Below the pieces are notes generated by a model that made no database searches, had not been told where the DNA came from, and saw only the letters and a list, made by a program, of their open reading frames with translations. Shown here piece after piece: positions 1 through 12,598 of a DNA stretch of 64,000 bases; within the stretch, counting starts at the first letter, position 1; every line of letters starts with the position of its first letter. The stretch covers positions 1,335,361 to 1,399,360 of the forward strand of contig CM074805.1 in NCBI GenBank assembly GCA_037447605.1, read 5' to 3'. The position numbers were made by a program, and so were the translations under genes. The stretch comes from Zygnema circumcarinatum SAG 698-1b (taxonomy: Eukaryota; Plantae; Zygnematophyceae).

Positions 1-3000
1 GGAGTGGCTGCAGAGAAGGTAAGGCGAGCAAATCGAGGCGTATCTGCTCAAGTTTTATGAGAAAGTATCAGAAATGTAATGTGAAATGTCCGGGGAAATC
101 TGAAGCGATCGGTGACATTTTAACTGACTATGGAACATCTGTCCCTACTGAGGGAGGTCTAATCTTCAAGCTCAGTATAGCATTTGTTTGGGCAGATCAT
201 TTAGACGAGAACATAGATTCATAGATTCTAGACTCATAGAGCCTCGCTTTCTTGTTACATTCGCAGATTGTTTTCTATGAATCATTCACAGAGCACTTCT
301 CAGATGGTGATCGCTGGGTTGTTTCCCAGAGCGCTGATTACGGAGGTGTGTGACCCTCCAAACTGCAAATATTTTTCTTGCCTTGTGATCCGCTTTTGCT
401 TTTCGAATTTCTTCAGTACTTAGTAGTTGCTAGTTTTCGGTGTAGCGTTCTTCGATTACCTGGTCCTGCCCTCGCACAAGGCATGAACAAGTCCAACAAG
501 TAACGGGTACCATCTATTGGATAAAGAGTCATGCAAGGAGAAGAGTCATATAGAATTAATGCCTGGTCTGCATTTTGCGCTGCTACTTTGCGTTAGGAAT
601 GTCTTAAGGTCGGCACTGCACTTGCTTTTACCTTCAGTATTGTTATGTGAGTGATCTGTGTTAAAGCATGTATTGCTTCCGCAAGAGTAAAAATCCTTTA
701 TGCGACTGTTTCTTTCTTTCTTCTCCTTTTTGAAACTCAATTATTTCTGAACGCTGCCAGGAGGCTGCTGTCATAAATTCTGCAATGTAGATCCCTTTTT
801 GTCATGATTTAGCAAGTAGGACTGCTTTATCAAAGCAGTTATGGAGTTTCTGCACCTTTTCACAGCTAAGCACACAGCAATCAGTGTGCTTGTTTGAGCA
901 TACATAATTGAACGAGGTAGGGGCAGCTGATTCGAATACACTGGCGTGAATGCTTGTTAGTTTTGTGAAAACCTCAATGTTTCATATGCACACCTGGAGT
1001 ATCAGAAGTGACTATTGAAGTGTCTGGTTACCTTCTTCGCAGCTTGTGCCGAGTTGCTTATATATATATTTGAAGTCTAATATGAAAGCGTAGGGTGAGC
1101 ACGTCGGTCAGAGCAGCATGTAAAGGAGTATGATACTTCGTACCTAAATCATTGTTCCTATAATTTTCGCAGGTGAGTGGAAGCATGAGGCAGCGGAAGG
1201 CACTGGTGATTATGGCCTCCTTGTTAGCCAGAAGGCTAAGAAATATGGGATTGCAGCCGCTCTTCCGGAGGCAGTGGATCCAAAGGAGGGCACAGTTGTG
1301 CTACAGTACGACCTGAGGCTTCAAAATGGGATTGAATGTGGAGGAGCTTATTTGAAGTTTCTCATGCCACAGGTGAGGCGAACTCTGGCTCTTGTTATGA
1401 TAAATGTTGAAGGCTTGGCCCTTGAGAGGCAGAGCAATTCTAGCTCTATGGCTTGCTCTAGCTCGTTTGCAGGCTCATTCCTGCAGTTTCTGGCGATATA
1501 GATTGTTTTATCATCGAAGGTGTTTGCTGTCACAATTGTCAGACTAGCAATTTTTGTTGTTTTTCTTATCACGTTGGTTAAGAAGCGCGCATAAGTAGTG
1601 CAGGCGGCATTGAACTGTGTTTGAAGCAGCGCTGTTCCCTTCAAGCGCCTCCTCCGTATGTGTTTTTAGGTTTAGCTCTTCTATTCAGACTCCATCTCCT
1701 CAGAACTTCTTGTTGTTTTGTTGTGTTCAGGAGGCTGGATGGACCCCTAGCCTGTTCAAGGACGATTCACCGTATTCAGTGATGTTTGGACCGGACAAAT
1801 GTGGGTCCACCAATAAGGTCCACTTCATTTTTCGACACAAGAATCCAAAAACCGGGAGTTATGTCGAACATCATCTGAAGAGTCCTCCCTTCCCAGTCAA
1901 TGACAAATTCAGCCACGTGTATTCGGCAGTCATTTACCCCAATAATACACTCAAGATTCTTATTGATGGAGAAGAGAAAAAAACTGCAAATCTTCTATCT
2001 AATGACTTCGAACCACCAGTGTTGCCCTCAAAGACGATCCCTGATCCAGATGACAAAAAACCAGAAGACTGGTGGGTCTTGAATTTTGACCCCAAATTTG
2101 ATGGCTGTTTGCGTCGCTTATTGGCTTTGAGCATTAAGCTGTACGCTGACCTATGCAAGTGCTGAATATTGCGATGGCCAGGGCGGTCAGTACGGATACG
2201 GCCAGTACGGTAGTATACTGTATGTAGTGATTTGTTCAAGTTGTTTAGTAATGACTTACCCGGTTGCGTTCTTCCGCAATTCAGGGATGAAAGAGCAAAA
2301 ATTCCTGATCCTGAGGCAAAGAAACCTGACGACTGGGATGAGGATGCTCCTAAGTTGATCGAGGACATGGATGCCAAGAAGCCTGAGGGCTGGCTGGATG
2401 ACGAGCCTGCAGAGGTGATTATCCTCTACACGGCTAAACGCGCGGTTGCCACAGGGTACTACTGGAATGCCTACTGGAATGCGTTTCTGGAGGTCGTTTT
2501 GTCTGTTTATGGTAGTCCCTAATTGTGGATTGTTTGTGTTTCTTGGTTCGGCAGGTTGATGATCCCGAGGCCACCAAGCCTGAAGACTGGGATGAGGACG
2601 AAGATGGGGAGTGGGAGCCTTCGAAGATTGCTAATCCTAAGTGTAAGGAAGCCCCTGGATGCGGAGAGTGGAAGAGGCCCACAAAGAAGAATCCTGCTTA
2701 CAAGGGCAAGTGGAGTGCACCTCTTATCGATAATCCTGCGTACAAGGGCATATGGAAGCCAAGGGATATTCCTAACCCAGAATACTTTGAGCTGGAACGG
2801 CCGAACTTGGAGCCGGTGGCTGCTGTCGGCATTGAGATTTGGACAATGACTGTAAGTGAAGCAAAAGAGTATCTTAACATATATACAATGCGTACATGCG
2901 CGAATTCTGCAGAAGTTTTAAGTTAAAAAAACTGGCGTCCCGCCCGCATGATTATATATAACAAATGGAAAGCGAAGTGCTCATGTCGAGGCTAACTACT

Positions 3001-5152
3001 GAAATATGTCCTTGGCAAGACAAATATGGCCCTAGTGGCTTGTAGAAAGCCACCTTGAGGTGATAACGGGTTTGGAAGATTCTAGTAGTTTGCGCTAATA
3101 TATAGATATGTGACTGGTCCTCTGGAGTAGTAGGCATATCGGCTCTAAAGACATGCATGCTTACCCAGTTCAGTTTGCGTTGGAAAAGGAAGGGATTATT
3201 TAGTTATTAACTCCAGACCTGGATTATTTGAAGCGACATTGTAACTGCTAGGTATTGTAGACACGAGAATATGACCATTAATGGGTACTGTTTAGTACTG
3301 TTCCAGTGTCAGCTTGGCATCTGGACACTTATACCCGGGTGTCGTTTAGCATGAGAAATTGCTCCCAGACTGGTCCCTGGAATCTGGCTGTTTGCGTTTC
3401 TTCGGACTCAGTCATTGAAATGAACGACAGCATTCAGGATTTGGTTAAGTGCTGTGAGGCAAAGTAATTATCCTTAGAACTTAGGTCTGAATTATGTTTA
3501 CCCTAATGGCTTGCAATGGAAACGAGAATGTCTCCTCGCAACCTGTTTCAAAAGATTTCAAGATCTATTTTGTTGTCTGAACAAACGCTGTGTGTCCTTG
3601 TTTCAGGATGGAATCATGTTCGACAACATCTTAGTTACACATGACGAAGAAGCAGCCAAGGAGTACAGGGACACAACTTGGAAAGTGAAGTTTGACAAGG
3701 AGAAGGAGATTCAGAAACTACAGGATAAGGAGGAGGAGAAGGAGAAAAAGAAGAGCAAGAGCAAGCCAGCATCGGAGAAGGGTTTCAAGGTAGGGAAGTC
3801 ACCAAGGACGTCTGGTTTGGTAACATCATGACTGATTGCCATCAAAGGTATTTCGTGCTGTAATTTTTTGCAGAGATAAGTCTAGCACCCCATGTTTGTA
3901 TGGTGTCGTCTATTGCAAGGTGAAAAGAAAGCGATGCCTGTTAAGCATAAGCTGCACGCCTCAAGATATAAAACGATTGTAAGCCTTGAAAGTAAACCTT
4001 TAAGAAAGTGAAATCGGAGTTGTAGTTTATTTTTGGTTCTAGCTAAACACTGCGAGTTGTTCAGAGTCAGACAGACTGGGAACCCCAGTGTATTCAGTAT
4101 TATAAGACCGCTTTGCTGTATCTACGGTTTGTACCTCGTCCTCTGCTTCGTGTTTGTCGTTTTAAGGTGAAGTTCACAAGAACCTGTGGAAGCGTGTGAG
4201 TATTGACTTTGGGGGTTTCTGCTGGAACACTTCTTCAGGAGCAAGTGTTTGACAATCTCCACAAGATTGCTGTACTTCCGACCCTAAAGCCAGTGAAGAA
4301 GTACATTGTGGTATGGTCAAGGGCTCCCCTGTTTGCTTATGGGGGTGGGATCTGTATCATTTAAGAATTAGCACTTGCCTTTGTCAGACGAATGTCTCCC
4401 ATTTTATTGGAGAGGCAATGGCGGCCGAAGCTTCGTTTAGGAATTGTGAGGGAAGGTTACGCTCTGTGATGAAGTGCATTGTAACTATCCCTGAAGCAAG
4501 TGCCAAAAACACTGGTGGTGCAGAGCGCCTTGGATTTTCTGGAGAGTAAAGATGAGTACGCGTATTCGTTCATTGCTCTCCTATTCGCTCTTATAGTGGC
4601 AACGATCTATTGCCTTCTCCCTGCAAAGAAGAGGAAACCCCGCACGGTAAGGACCGAACTCCCTGCTTTGCTCCCCCTGCTGTATGATACCCTGCAGTGG
4701 AAGAGTAGTCTTACCCCAACTGGCTCAGGTAGTTTGGAAATTAGTTTCTCAGTTGTTTATAATATGGTATATATTGGTTCCTCGAAGCCGCTGAAGTAAA
4801 AACTTGCACGATAGGATGGCCGATTGTTTTGCGGTGAAACCGATGGGCTGCTGATCTGCCGCACGTTTTGGAAAAGTTTCGGGAACTTGACAAATTCACA
4901 TGTGTCTGCATGCTGTGTTGTATGCAGGTGACAATGGAGCAAGCTAAGAAAGAGGATATCTCGAGCCCCGACGATGCACCAGGAGAGACTGGTGCCAAGG
5001 CTGAGGGAGAGGAGGCAAAGGAAGCAGTTGAGAGCACAGAACAGGAGGAGGCTGTGACTGAGAGTACCCCAAGTGAGCCTCCTGCTGATGCAAGCGGGGA
5101 GATCCAGGGAGAGGGCGTGCCTGTGAAGCGCCGGGTGCGGCGAGAAACGTAG
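1..5152 (+). CDS. CNX: Calnexin (5' end outside the window); exons 1-18, 267-345, 1173-1372, 1731-2071, 2285-2414, 2555-2851, 3607-3789, 4239-4310, 4524-4646, 4928-5152
   Basis: In-frame GT-AG chain: [46 protein letters not shown]-domain repeats ([14 protein letters not shown]; [17 protein letters not shown]), a TM segment ([19 protein letters not shown]), an acidic tail and a plant-like C-terminus KRRVRRET*. Confidence 0.97.
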
Positions 5153-5653
5153 ACCATTTAGCGGATGGATGTAGGGTCAGTGCAGGAGGGAAATGCAGGC
5201 GTTATCTCTTTAGACGGAAAGCTCATCTTTGCTGTATTGTGGCACCATGTTTCTTGTCTCAGATGCAATACGTTAGGAGTGTACTCTGGTGTGGCGCGCA
5301 AACCCAATAGAGAATGTAGAGCTGTGAGAGTAGGAGTCAGGGGACCAAAAGTAGGAGCGAGGCTACATTACCGCCCTCGACCTTGCCAGCTGTAACTCCG
5401 GTTTCTGAACGTTTGTCCTTCGATTTTCGAATTCAAGAGCGGATGAGTTTAGAGAGGAAAGAAAGAAATGGAAGGGTGGGGAGGGATGCATGCTCTATTT
5501 ATGAATACTTATCCCGTTTATGGATGATTTACCTCTATTCCACCGTGGGACACCATCTGCTTCACACCTTGTCTAGTTCATTAATGAGACAATGTCTTCT
5601 TCTGCCACATCCTTCTCCCTTCTTCTGAAATCAAAAGAGGGGAATCGAAGGGA

Positions 5654-5749
5654 ATGGCGAGGGAATTGATCTCATGCTGGCGATGCCGTCAGAGGTACAT
5701 GGACAAGAACAACATACGGAACCACGAGGAGGGTCACAGAAGGACCTGA
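5654..5749 (+). other. 31-codon ORF encoding one C2H2 zinc finger (MARELISCWRCRQRYMDKNNIRNHEEGHRRT*); microprotein or gene/TE relic
   Basis: ATG in ggaATGGc context; exact C-x2-C-x12-H-x3-H spacing with Tyr at C+4 and Ile at H-3; below the ORF-track length cutoff. Confidence 0.45.
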
Positions 5750-5920
5750 GGACGGAGTACGGGCTGTAAGCGGACCTCGCATGACCCGGGAAGACATCTG
5801 ATGGGCCACACCTGACGCCCCACCTGGAAACGCCAGTCCCTTGTCGTTTTTCGCGGTAGCCGTACACCTGCCGCGCGGCGGCACGTCTCCTGGACGCGAG
5901 CGCCTTTCGCACAGGCCGGC

Positions 5921-6108
5921 GGTTCAGCGGGACGGACTGACCCTCGCGGTCCCATTCCGCGAAACGGGAGTGGACTCTAACCGGACGTTCGGTAGAATCC
6001 CGTTCCGCGGAACGGAGCACGGAACGCTGCCGGGCCGTTGCCCGCTCTTTGGCACCGACCGTTCAGCGGGACCGGCGGACACTCGCGGTCCCGTTCCGCG
6101 GAATGGGC
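5921..6108. repeat. GC-rich ~50-bp direct repeat pair plus three related palindromes
   Basis: GTTCAGCGGGAC..CTCGCGGTCCC(A/G)TTCCGCG(A/G)AA at ~5922 and ~6061; perfect palindrome CCGTTCCGCGGAACGG at 6000-6015; imperfect copies at 5951-5968 and 6091-6108. Confidence 0.8.
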
Positions 6109-6937
6109 CAACGGCGCATTTGGCGGTTTGTTGGCGGCGCCTTTCCAGCCTTCGAGGAACCCAGGGCTGGACTGTACGGAATTACAAATTGTAATTATTT
6201 ATTTTGTTTTTATTTCAGTCGTCCTGCTCTATCCTTCACCGTGATTGGCTGCCGGCATTTATTTTATTTCGGAAGTTGGCTGGAGACAAAAAATGACCGC
6301 ACGCGTGGGACAGGTACAGGTGCGGCGGTTTTCGTACGAATTCGTACCAGCACTTGAAGGTTGAACCGGACCGTACCTTTTTGTACGTTTCAGTCCACGC
6401 GGCGACCACTCCGCATCTGTCGCACGCCACGTCATGGGAAGCAATTTTTAGAACAAAATTCTCTCCACTTGCAATTAGGGCAAGCGTGACGGGATCTGAT
6501 TCGCCAGAAATAGCGCTCGCCGCCTGAATCTTTGAAACGGAGAAAAGGTCAAAGGGGACGGATTCTGAGAACTGTGACATAGACCGTGAACTAAATAGTG
6601 CAGCCGACGTTTGCAGCTCTCAGTTGCTCTCTCTCCCTCCCACTCCCTTCTTTTCTTCCTCTCTCCCTCCCTCCCTCCCTCCATCCCTCCCGCACCTTTT
6701 CCCAGTCCCTCTTGCTCTCTTTCTTACAGCGCCTCCCGTCTCCTGTAACCCTAGCTCACCCCGAGCGCAATTTCGCAATGCATTCAGCTTCCCTTCCGAC
6801 CCGACCACTCCTCACCTGCGCAATCAATCCATGGCTGCCAAAACCTTAACCTCAAGCCAATCTGGACGCTTCCTTTCTGAACGATCCTGTCTCGACAGCC
6901 CTCCAAACACTAATTTTGCGCCCTTCCCCTCCCTACC

Positions 6938-9588
6938 ATGTCCGCCGCTCTCTCCGCCTTGCTGGCTCTCTGCTTCTTGGCAGCCTCCAGCGCCGAACAG
7001 GCGCAGGTCATCATTCCCGGCATCCCGGGGTCGCAAGTACAAACTGTGAAGGGCGCAGAGCTGCTCAGAGGGACCCTCGCCTGCTTTGCCAAGAGAGGGA
7101 AGTGGGAGCGCAATGAGCGCCTCAAGTCAATAGCATGGATCCGTGAGCAGTATGGGAGGGAGACGCAGTGCGATCGGGAGAATAAGATGTTTGGACCGGA
7201 GCAGATAAATGGAATGGGGGACGGGCAGTCCAAGGTGTTGGAGGACATGAAGTGGAAGTGGTCCATGAACAAGTGTCCGTGGGAGGATCTGCATTATGCA
7301 GGTTTCTGCAGGTAAATGAGCGAGGTTTGAAGTAAAGGAGGGTGGGCAGTATGAGTCTTTGTCGTATTTGAGCGGCGGAGGAAATCAGGAATACATGTGA
7401 GCCGATCATCATGGAGATCGTTTCTTTTGTTTTTTTTCTCAAGATTGGCACGATTATGCAGGGAGAGCGAATAAATAATGGGAGAGAGAGGAGGGGATTG
7501 AGAGGGTGGAGGGAAGGTGTTTAAGCTGTACCCGCTGCATCAACCTTTCCTAAAAACAAATTATGTTCCGTTTGATACATTCCAGTAAATAAAGAGCAAT
7601 CTATCACTTAACATTCCTTGACATTATTGATAATGCCAAATTTTATTCGAATGCTTTAAGGCGAGCGACTTGAACTCTTCGCCGACGCATTTTAGCACTA
7701 GTCCACCGATCTCGAACAGGTTCTTGTCGGGTGGTTTTTATTTCCCCGTCAATTTATGAGGATTAAGAAAGCTGTCTGACTTAGTTTCTCGTCGAGGACT
7801 CAGATTAGTTTCCCCTTTTCCTTCAACTGAAGTTTAATCTCCGCTTTTCTTCATTAATTGAAGCCTCTTCAACTTTGAAATATAATGACGAGCATTATGA
7901 CATTCCTATCCTCCCTTCCTATTCGTCTGAATGCCTTCACGAACCTCATAACTTGGAGTCTGCTGTTATCAGCAGTCCTCGTCACTCATGTACTTCTGCT
8001 TAGTCAAAGTGCTTAAGCTGGAATTCTGCCGCTGAATCTTTTGGCAAGGATCAGATGGACTATTCGTACTTCTTGCAAACAAGTCGTATGTTATTCCTCC
8101 TCTCTTTGTTGAATCCACAGGCAGAAAAGTAACTTTTCAAGTGCACTAGGTGTCGCACATGCATTGCTCTTCCTGTTACGACTAACACTTCAACATACGA
8201 AGGGTCTTTTGAAATTGACTGAGATACACTTGCCTGGAGGCTAGCTTCTGCATATGACTAAAATAGTTGAAACGCCAAAAACCTGGAGGGAGGTCCTCTG
8301 ACGAAGTGATGGTGATCATCACGCGTGTCTATGGAGAGAGCCATATTCTAAGGAGACATATCCTACTCTGAGGTTCTTGCTATTTTGCTCCATTACTTAG
8401 TAAAATAGTCCCCAAGACGGAGTCTTTCGTCCAGATGTATCAACAAAGGACCTCTTGGTCTGACTTATTGTACTGCAGCGGAGGGAATGCCACTTGTATT
8501 GGTTTCAAGTAGCGGGATATAACGTTGGTTCGTAGTTGGCGCAACGCAGAAGCAAAGTTCAATGTTCTTGCTTTCATTCCGTGCTTGGCCTATCGCCAGC
8601 ATAAGCATATAGAAAGCGGATCAACCGTAGCAAGCTTTTGTGCGTAGTATAATGTTTCTGTGGTTTTGTAGAGTCACATTCTCCCCCCCTCGGCCAGGCT
8701 TTCTGACCACTTTGCTGGTGCTGCGCAGGACAATGTGGGGAGCATATGGAAAGAAAGCGAGCATTCTCATAGTGGGAGACGAGCTGTCGTGGGGAATGGA
8801 ACGTCGCTTTTTTTACAACTTGGTGGCTACAGGGCCCAGTGAGAAATTCTGCTGCCTTCGTTCCCAGAAGTGCTGCTCTTACTTCATTTGTCAATAATCC
8901 AGAACTTCCAAAAGCTCAAATTCAAGAGACCCAACAAGCCCGTTTCACTGCTCTGTTCTCTCTCATTGTAATTAGCTCATATCGAGAGGACCAGGGTTTC
9001 AGAAGTTGAACCGCCTTGAAGAAAATCTCAATACAGGATTGCTAAGTGCCGGCCCAAATGACGAAACTGTTGTGGCCGAATTCCGCCTCTGAATAAAATG
9101 ACAGCGTACATGAACGTGTTTATATGTCCGTTTCCATTTGGAACGTGCAGGCAAGCCTGTTGTTGTCAACCTTTTCCCTGATGGATGCTTTTCATGGGAC
9201 AGAGGCCAAGAGAGAAAATTTTGCTCCGGAAATCGGTACTGTCAAGACATTTTGGGAGGAGACTCGGTTGCCGTACGATTTATTCTAAGCCGTAACCTCT
9301 CCCTCGCTCGCACTTCCGACCTCCAAAATGGTGTTCCATGGATTCAGGCTCTCTCGTTTTGGAGGCCCACAGTGCTGGTCTTCACCCACACGGAAACTGG
9401 ATTGAGCAAAATGCAATTTGAGGAGAATATTCTGAGTGTGTACCAATGGGTGAAGAAGCACTATCCGAGGACACTTGTAATCTACCGGGCAAACACATTA
9501 GGTAAGAGATTCTCCCCTCTGTGGCAGACACCAGAATGTGTGTCACCGAATGTGTTGGTCACCGAATTCAGTCGAATATGTATATATA

Positions 9589-9634
<46 letters not shown>

Positions 9635-11894
9635 GCCATATCCGTGTGCTTCTGCCTCGGAAATAGGCCTGTTCTGTCAGCGGGAGGCCCTTGGGAAACC
9701 TTTCAGTCGTATGAAATGAATTGCAGCGATTCTCTGCCTTCTGAACTCTTAAACATTTACTTTAACCCTAAAGTCACTCTCTCCCTCTGATCCATATTCT
9801 GTTCATGGCAGCGAGAGGCTGTCCCCCGCCTGGAGAAGACTCGAGGTTCGAGGAGCAGTCGAAGGAAAACCAAGCCTCCCTTCTTGAAGAAAATGAAGTT
9901 ATGAAGAGAATGGCGATGCAGTGGGGGGCCCTGTACTTGGATGTGAATGCAGCCCTTCAGCCAAGACATGTTCAAGGCGACTGTGTGAGTCTCTGCCAGC
10001 AGGGACCCCTCGATGCGTGGGTGCAGCTTCTGTACAACACGCTCAAAGTGGCCCTCCCTCCCGCAGAGATGAGGGAGGAGGATAGGGACATGGGGTCATC
10101 GACGAGTTTGGAGAAACTCACTGTCGATTCCTATGTGAGGGTTGCGCCAACAGAGGCTCCAAAGTTGAATGTTGCGATTCCGGGGTCGAAGATCAAAACA
10201 AACACTGCCTTGGGCAAGGTGAGGGAGCAGTTTAGGTGCTTCACCCACAAAGGAAGATGGGCGTACAACCCAAAGCCCCGGCTTCTCCCCTGGCCAAGGA
10301 AGCCTGTGAAGGAAGTTCAACCCTGCGATGCACGACAAAACAAAAGTGGGGGAATTTTCGGAGCGGTAGCTGATGAGGTGGCGATGAAAGGGGGCAATTG
10401 GAGTGTGAGAGAGGACCTGAAGTATGAGTGGAAGTCAGCACACGCATGCAAGCTGAAGTTGTTCTCACGACGAGCTTTCTGCGAGTGGGTTCCTTGTGCC
10501 TTAATTTTTTGGCATGACAGGTTGATGTTTTAGGCAAACTTAATAGCAAGCAACAATACTATGTGATGCATCAAGGTGGTGCACCCTGTGACATTATATG
10601 CTAGGTGTCCCCTCATGTCTATATGGTGAGTGCAGGTTGATGGGTCCGGGACGGAGTATACTTTTCGTGGGGGACTCGATGAGTGTTGGGTTCCACCGAT
10701 CTTTGTTCTTTAATCTGCTTGTGGGGCATGATACAGGTGACTCTTCTATTCTCTCACTCTCTCACTTGTTCACAGCGGCGGCCCTCTGAATATTTTCTTT
10801 TAATTAAGAGAAATTTGAGAACATAAAGAATCAGACATTTCCTTGCTACGTTTTGGCAGGTTTCTTGTGATTGAGCAGTGAAAATAACTTTTTTACGCTG
10901 ATCGATGGCTTAGGACGTATACACCGATTCAATCTAACGAAAGTACTTTGCATATTGCGTATAAATGGACCTGAGATTGAACATTCCCCCTGCTTGTGTC
11001 TGCACGATTTGCAGAAAAATATCCGCCAGTGTCGCTCTTCCCAGAAGGGATTAATGAGTGGGATGTGGGGATGCGGAGATCAATATGTGAGGGCTACGCT
11101 CACTGCCAAGAAATATTTGATGAGCCGGTGGAGATTCGGTTCTGCTTTAACAGAGGGCTCACTCTGACGGAGGTCCCTGTGGAGGGAGAGGCTCCATGGG
11201 TGCTGAAACTGGAGGAATGGAAACCTTCAGTAATTGTTCTTAACCGCGGAGCACATTACCGCAGCGATGACATCTTCGAGCCCGCCGTTAGAGACGCTCT
11301 CTATTATATCCGATCGAGAATGCCGAAATCTCTCATTGTATGGCGCAACACTGCTCCGGGTGAGTTGAGTTGAGTCGAGTTTTGGTCCATGGCTTTTGAA
11401 CTCCTCACGAGATGAGTGTGCTGAAACGAGAGCAGTCAGTTGGGCTTTCCATGAAAGTATCTTGCACTGATTTGTGTCCCAACGACGAGCCAAAAACGGC
11501 TTGTTGGTTCAACAATTTCAAGCTTCCGCAACACTGATGCAAATTCAAATTTAATTTGTTCCCTTCGTCCTGTGGGGGGTGGGAACTGCACCCTGCAGGC
11601 CATATCAACTGCATGAAGTATGACGGGCCAATCGCAACGCGGCAAAACGCGGCGTCCCTCCCTCCTCTCTTCCACTGGGCGGATTTCCAACGCCAAAACA
11701 AGATTGCCAAGCGATATGTGCAGGAGGTGGGCGGAGTGTACATGGACATCGATCACTCCACGGCTCTCCGCCCCGATGGGCACCGAGGCTTCAACGAGGC
11801 AGGTGTCCCGGACTGCTTGCATTACTGCCAGCCGGGAGTGCCCGACACTTGGGTCCTCCTCCTCTTCAACTTCCTTAGGGAGCTTCTCAAGTAG
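6938..11894 (+). CDS. Secretory-pathway TBL/PC-esterase (SGNH-like O-acyltransferase) with two tandem domains; exons 6938-7311, 8729-8838, 9151-9501, 9812-10484, 10636-10736, 11015-11359, 11599-11894
   Basis: N-terminal signal peptide; domain 2 has ILFVGDS, NRGAHY, IVWRNTAPGH, LRPDGH and DCLHYCQPGVPDTW; domain 1 has the degenerate equivalents ILIVGDE, IYRANT and DCVSLCQQGPLDAW. Splice phases are consistent throughout. Confidence 0.9.
9586..9631. repeat. (TA)n microsatellite in TBL intron 3
   Basis: Interrupted TA run visible directly. Confidence 0.95.
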
Positions 11895-12598
11895 GCGTTA
11901 GGGGCTGTATAAGGCTGTTAAACTGAACTCTAGGTAGTTGGAAGGCTACTCTAGGTAGGATGTCTGTGAGAAAAGGTAGAAAGGCGCATTTGTGTCTGTA
12001 GTAGAGCTTCGTTTGGAAGCGCCTTTCCTTCGGCCTATGGGAGCTACAGTAGCTGTTTAGAGCGCTGCACCTATTCGTTTAGCATGTTTGGATACATAGG
12101 CGGGACATCACATCCCATGTTCTAGCATGCGTCTCATTCTTTTGTTCTAGCATTCATTAATTGTGCCAGTCAAGCTCGTCATGATTCACCAAAAACTTGT
12201 GGCGTGTATGACAAGGAACTTGTGCGAGCCTTTGATATGAATTAGGGTTACAATGGAGTTCCCAGAGAGATGCCAGAGAGATGGCTCTCGAAACGGAATC
12301 ACTGGAAAAGCAGCTGCACATGTAGCGCCCAGCAAGTGGCTGCCAACCCTCCCATCCGTACTTTTCGTAACAGCTTCTTGCCCGGACATGACTAGAGAGG
12401 GGGGGTCGACTGCCCTACCGAGCCACTTTCTATGACTTCGGGGGCATATGTCTCTGGCGGAGATTGCAATAGAGGGGGGAACACACTAATGTCACAAATG
12501 TACACGGCAACGCTCAAGAGCTTCAGATTTTTCAACAAATCAGCTTGAACACAGGATGAAACCCTAAACAGATTCAAGGGATGGCCTGCACCAGCAGC

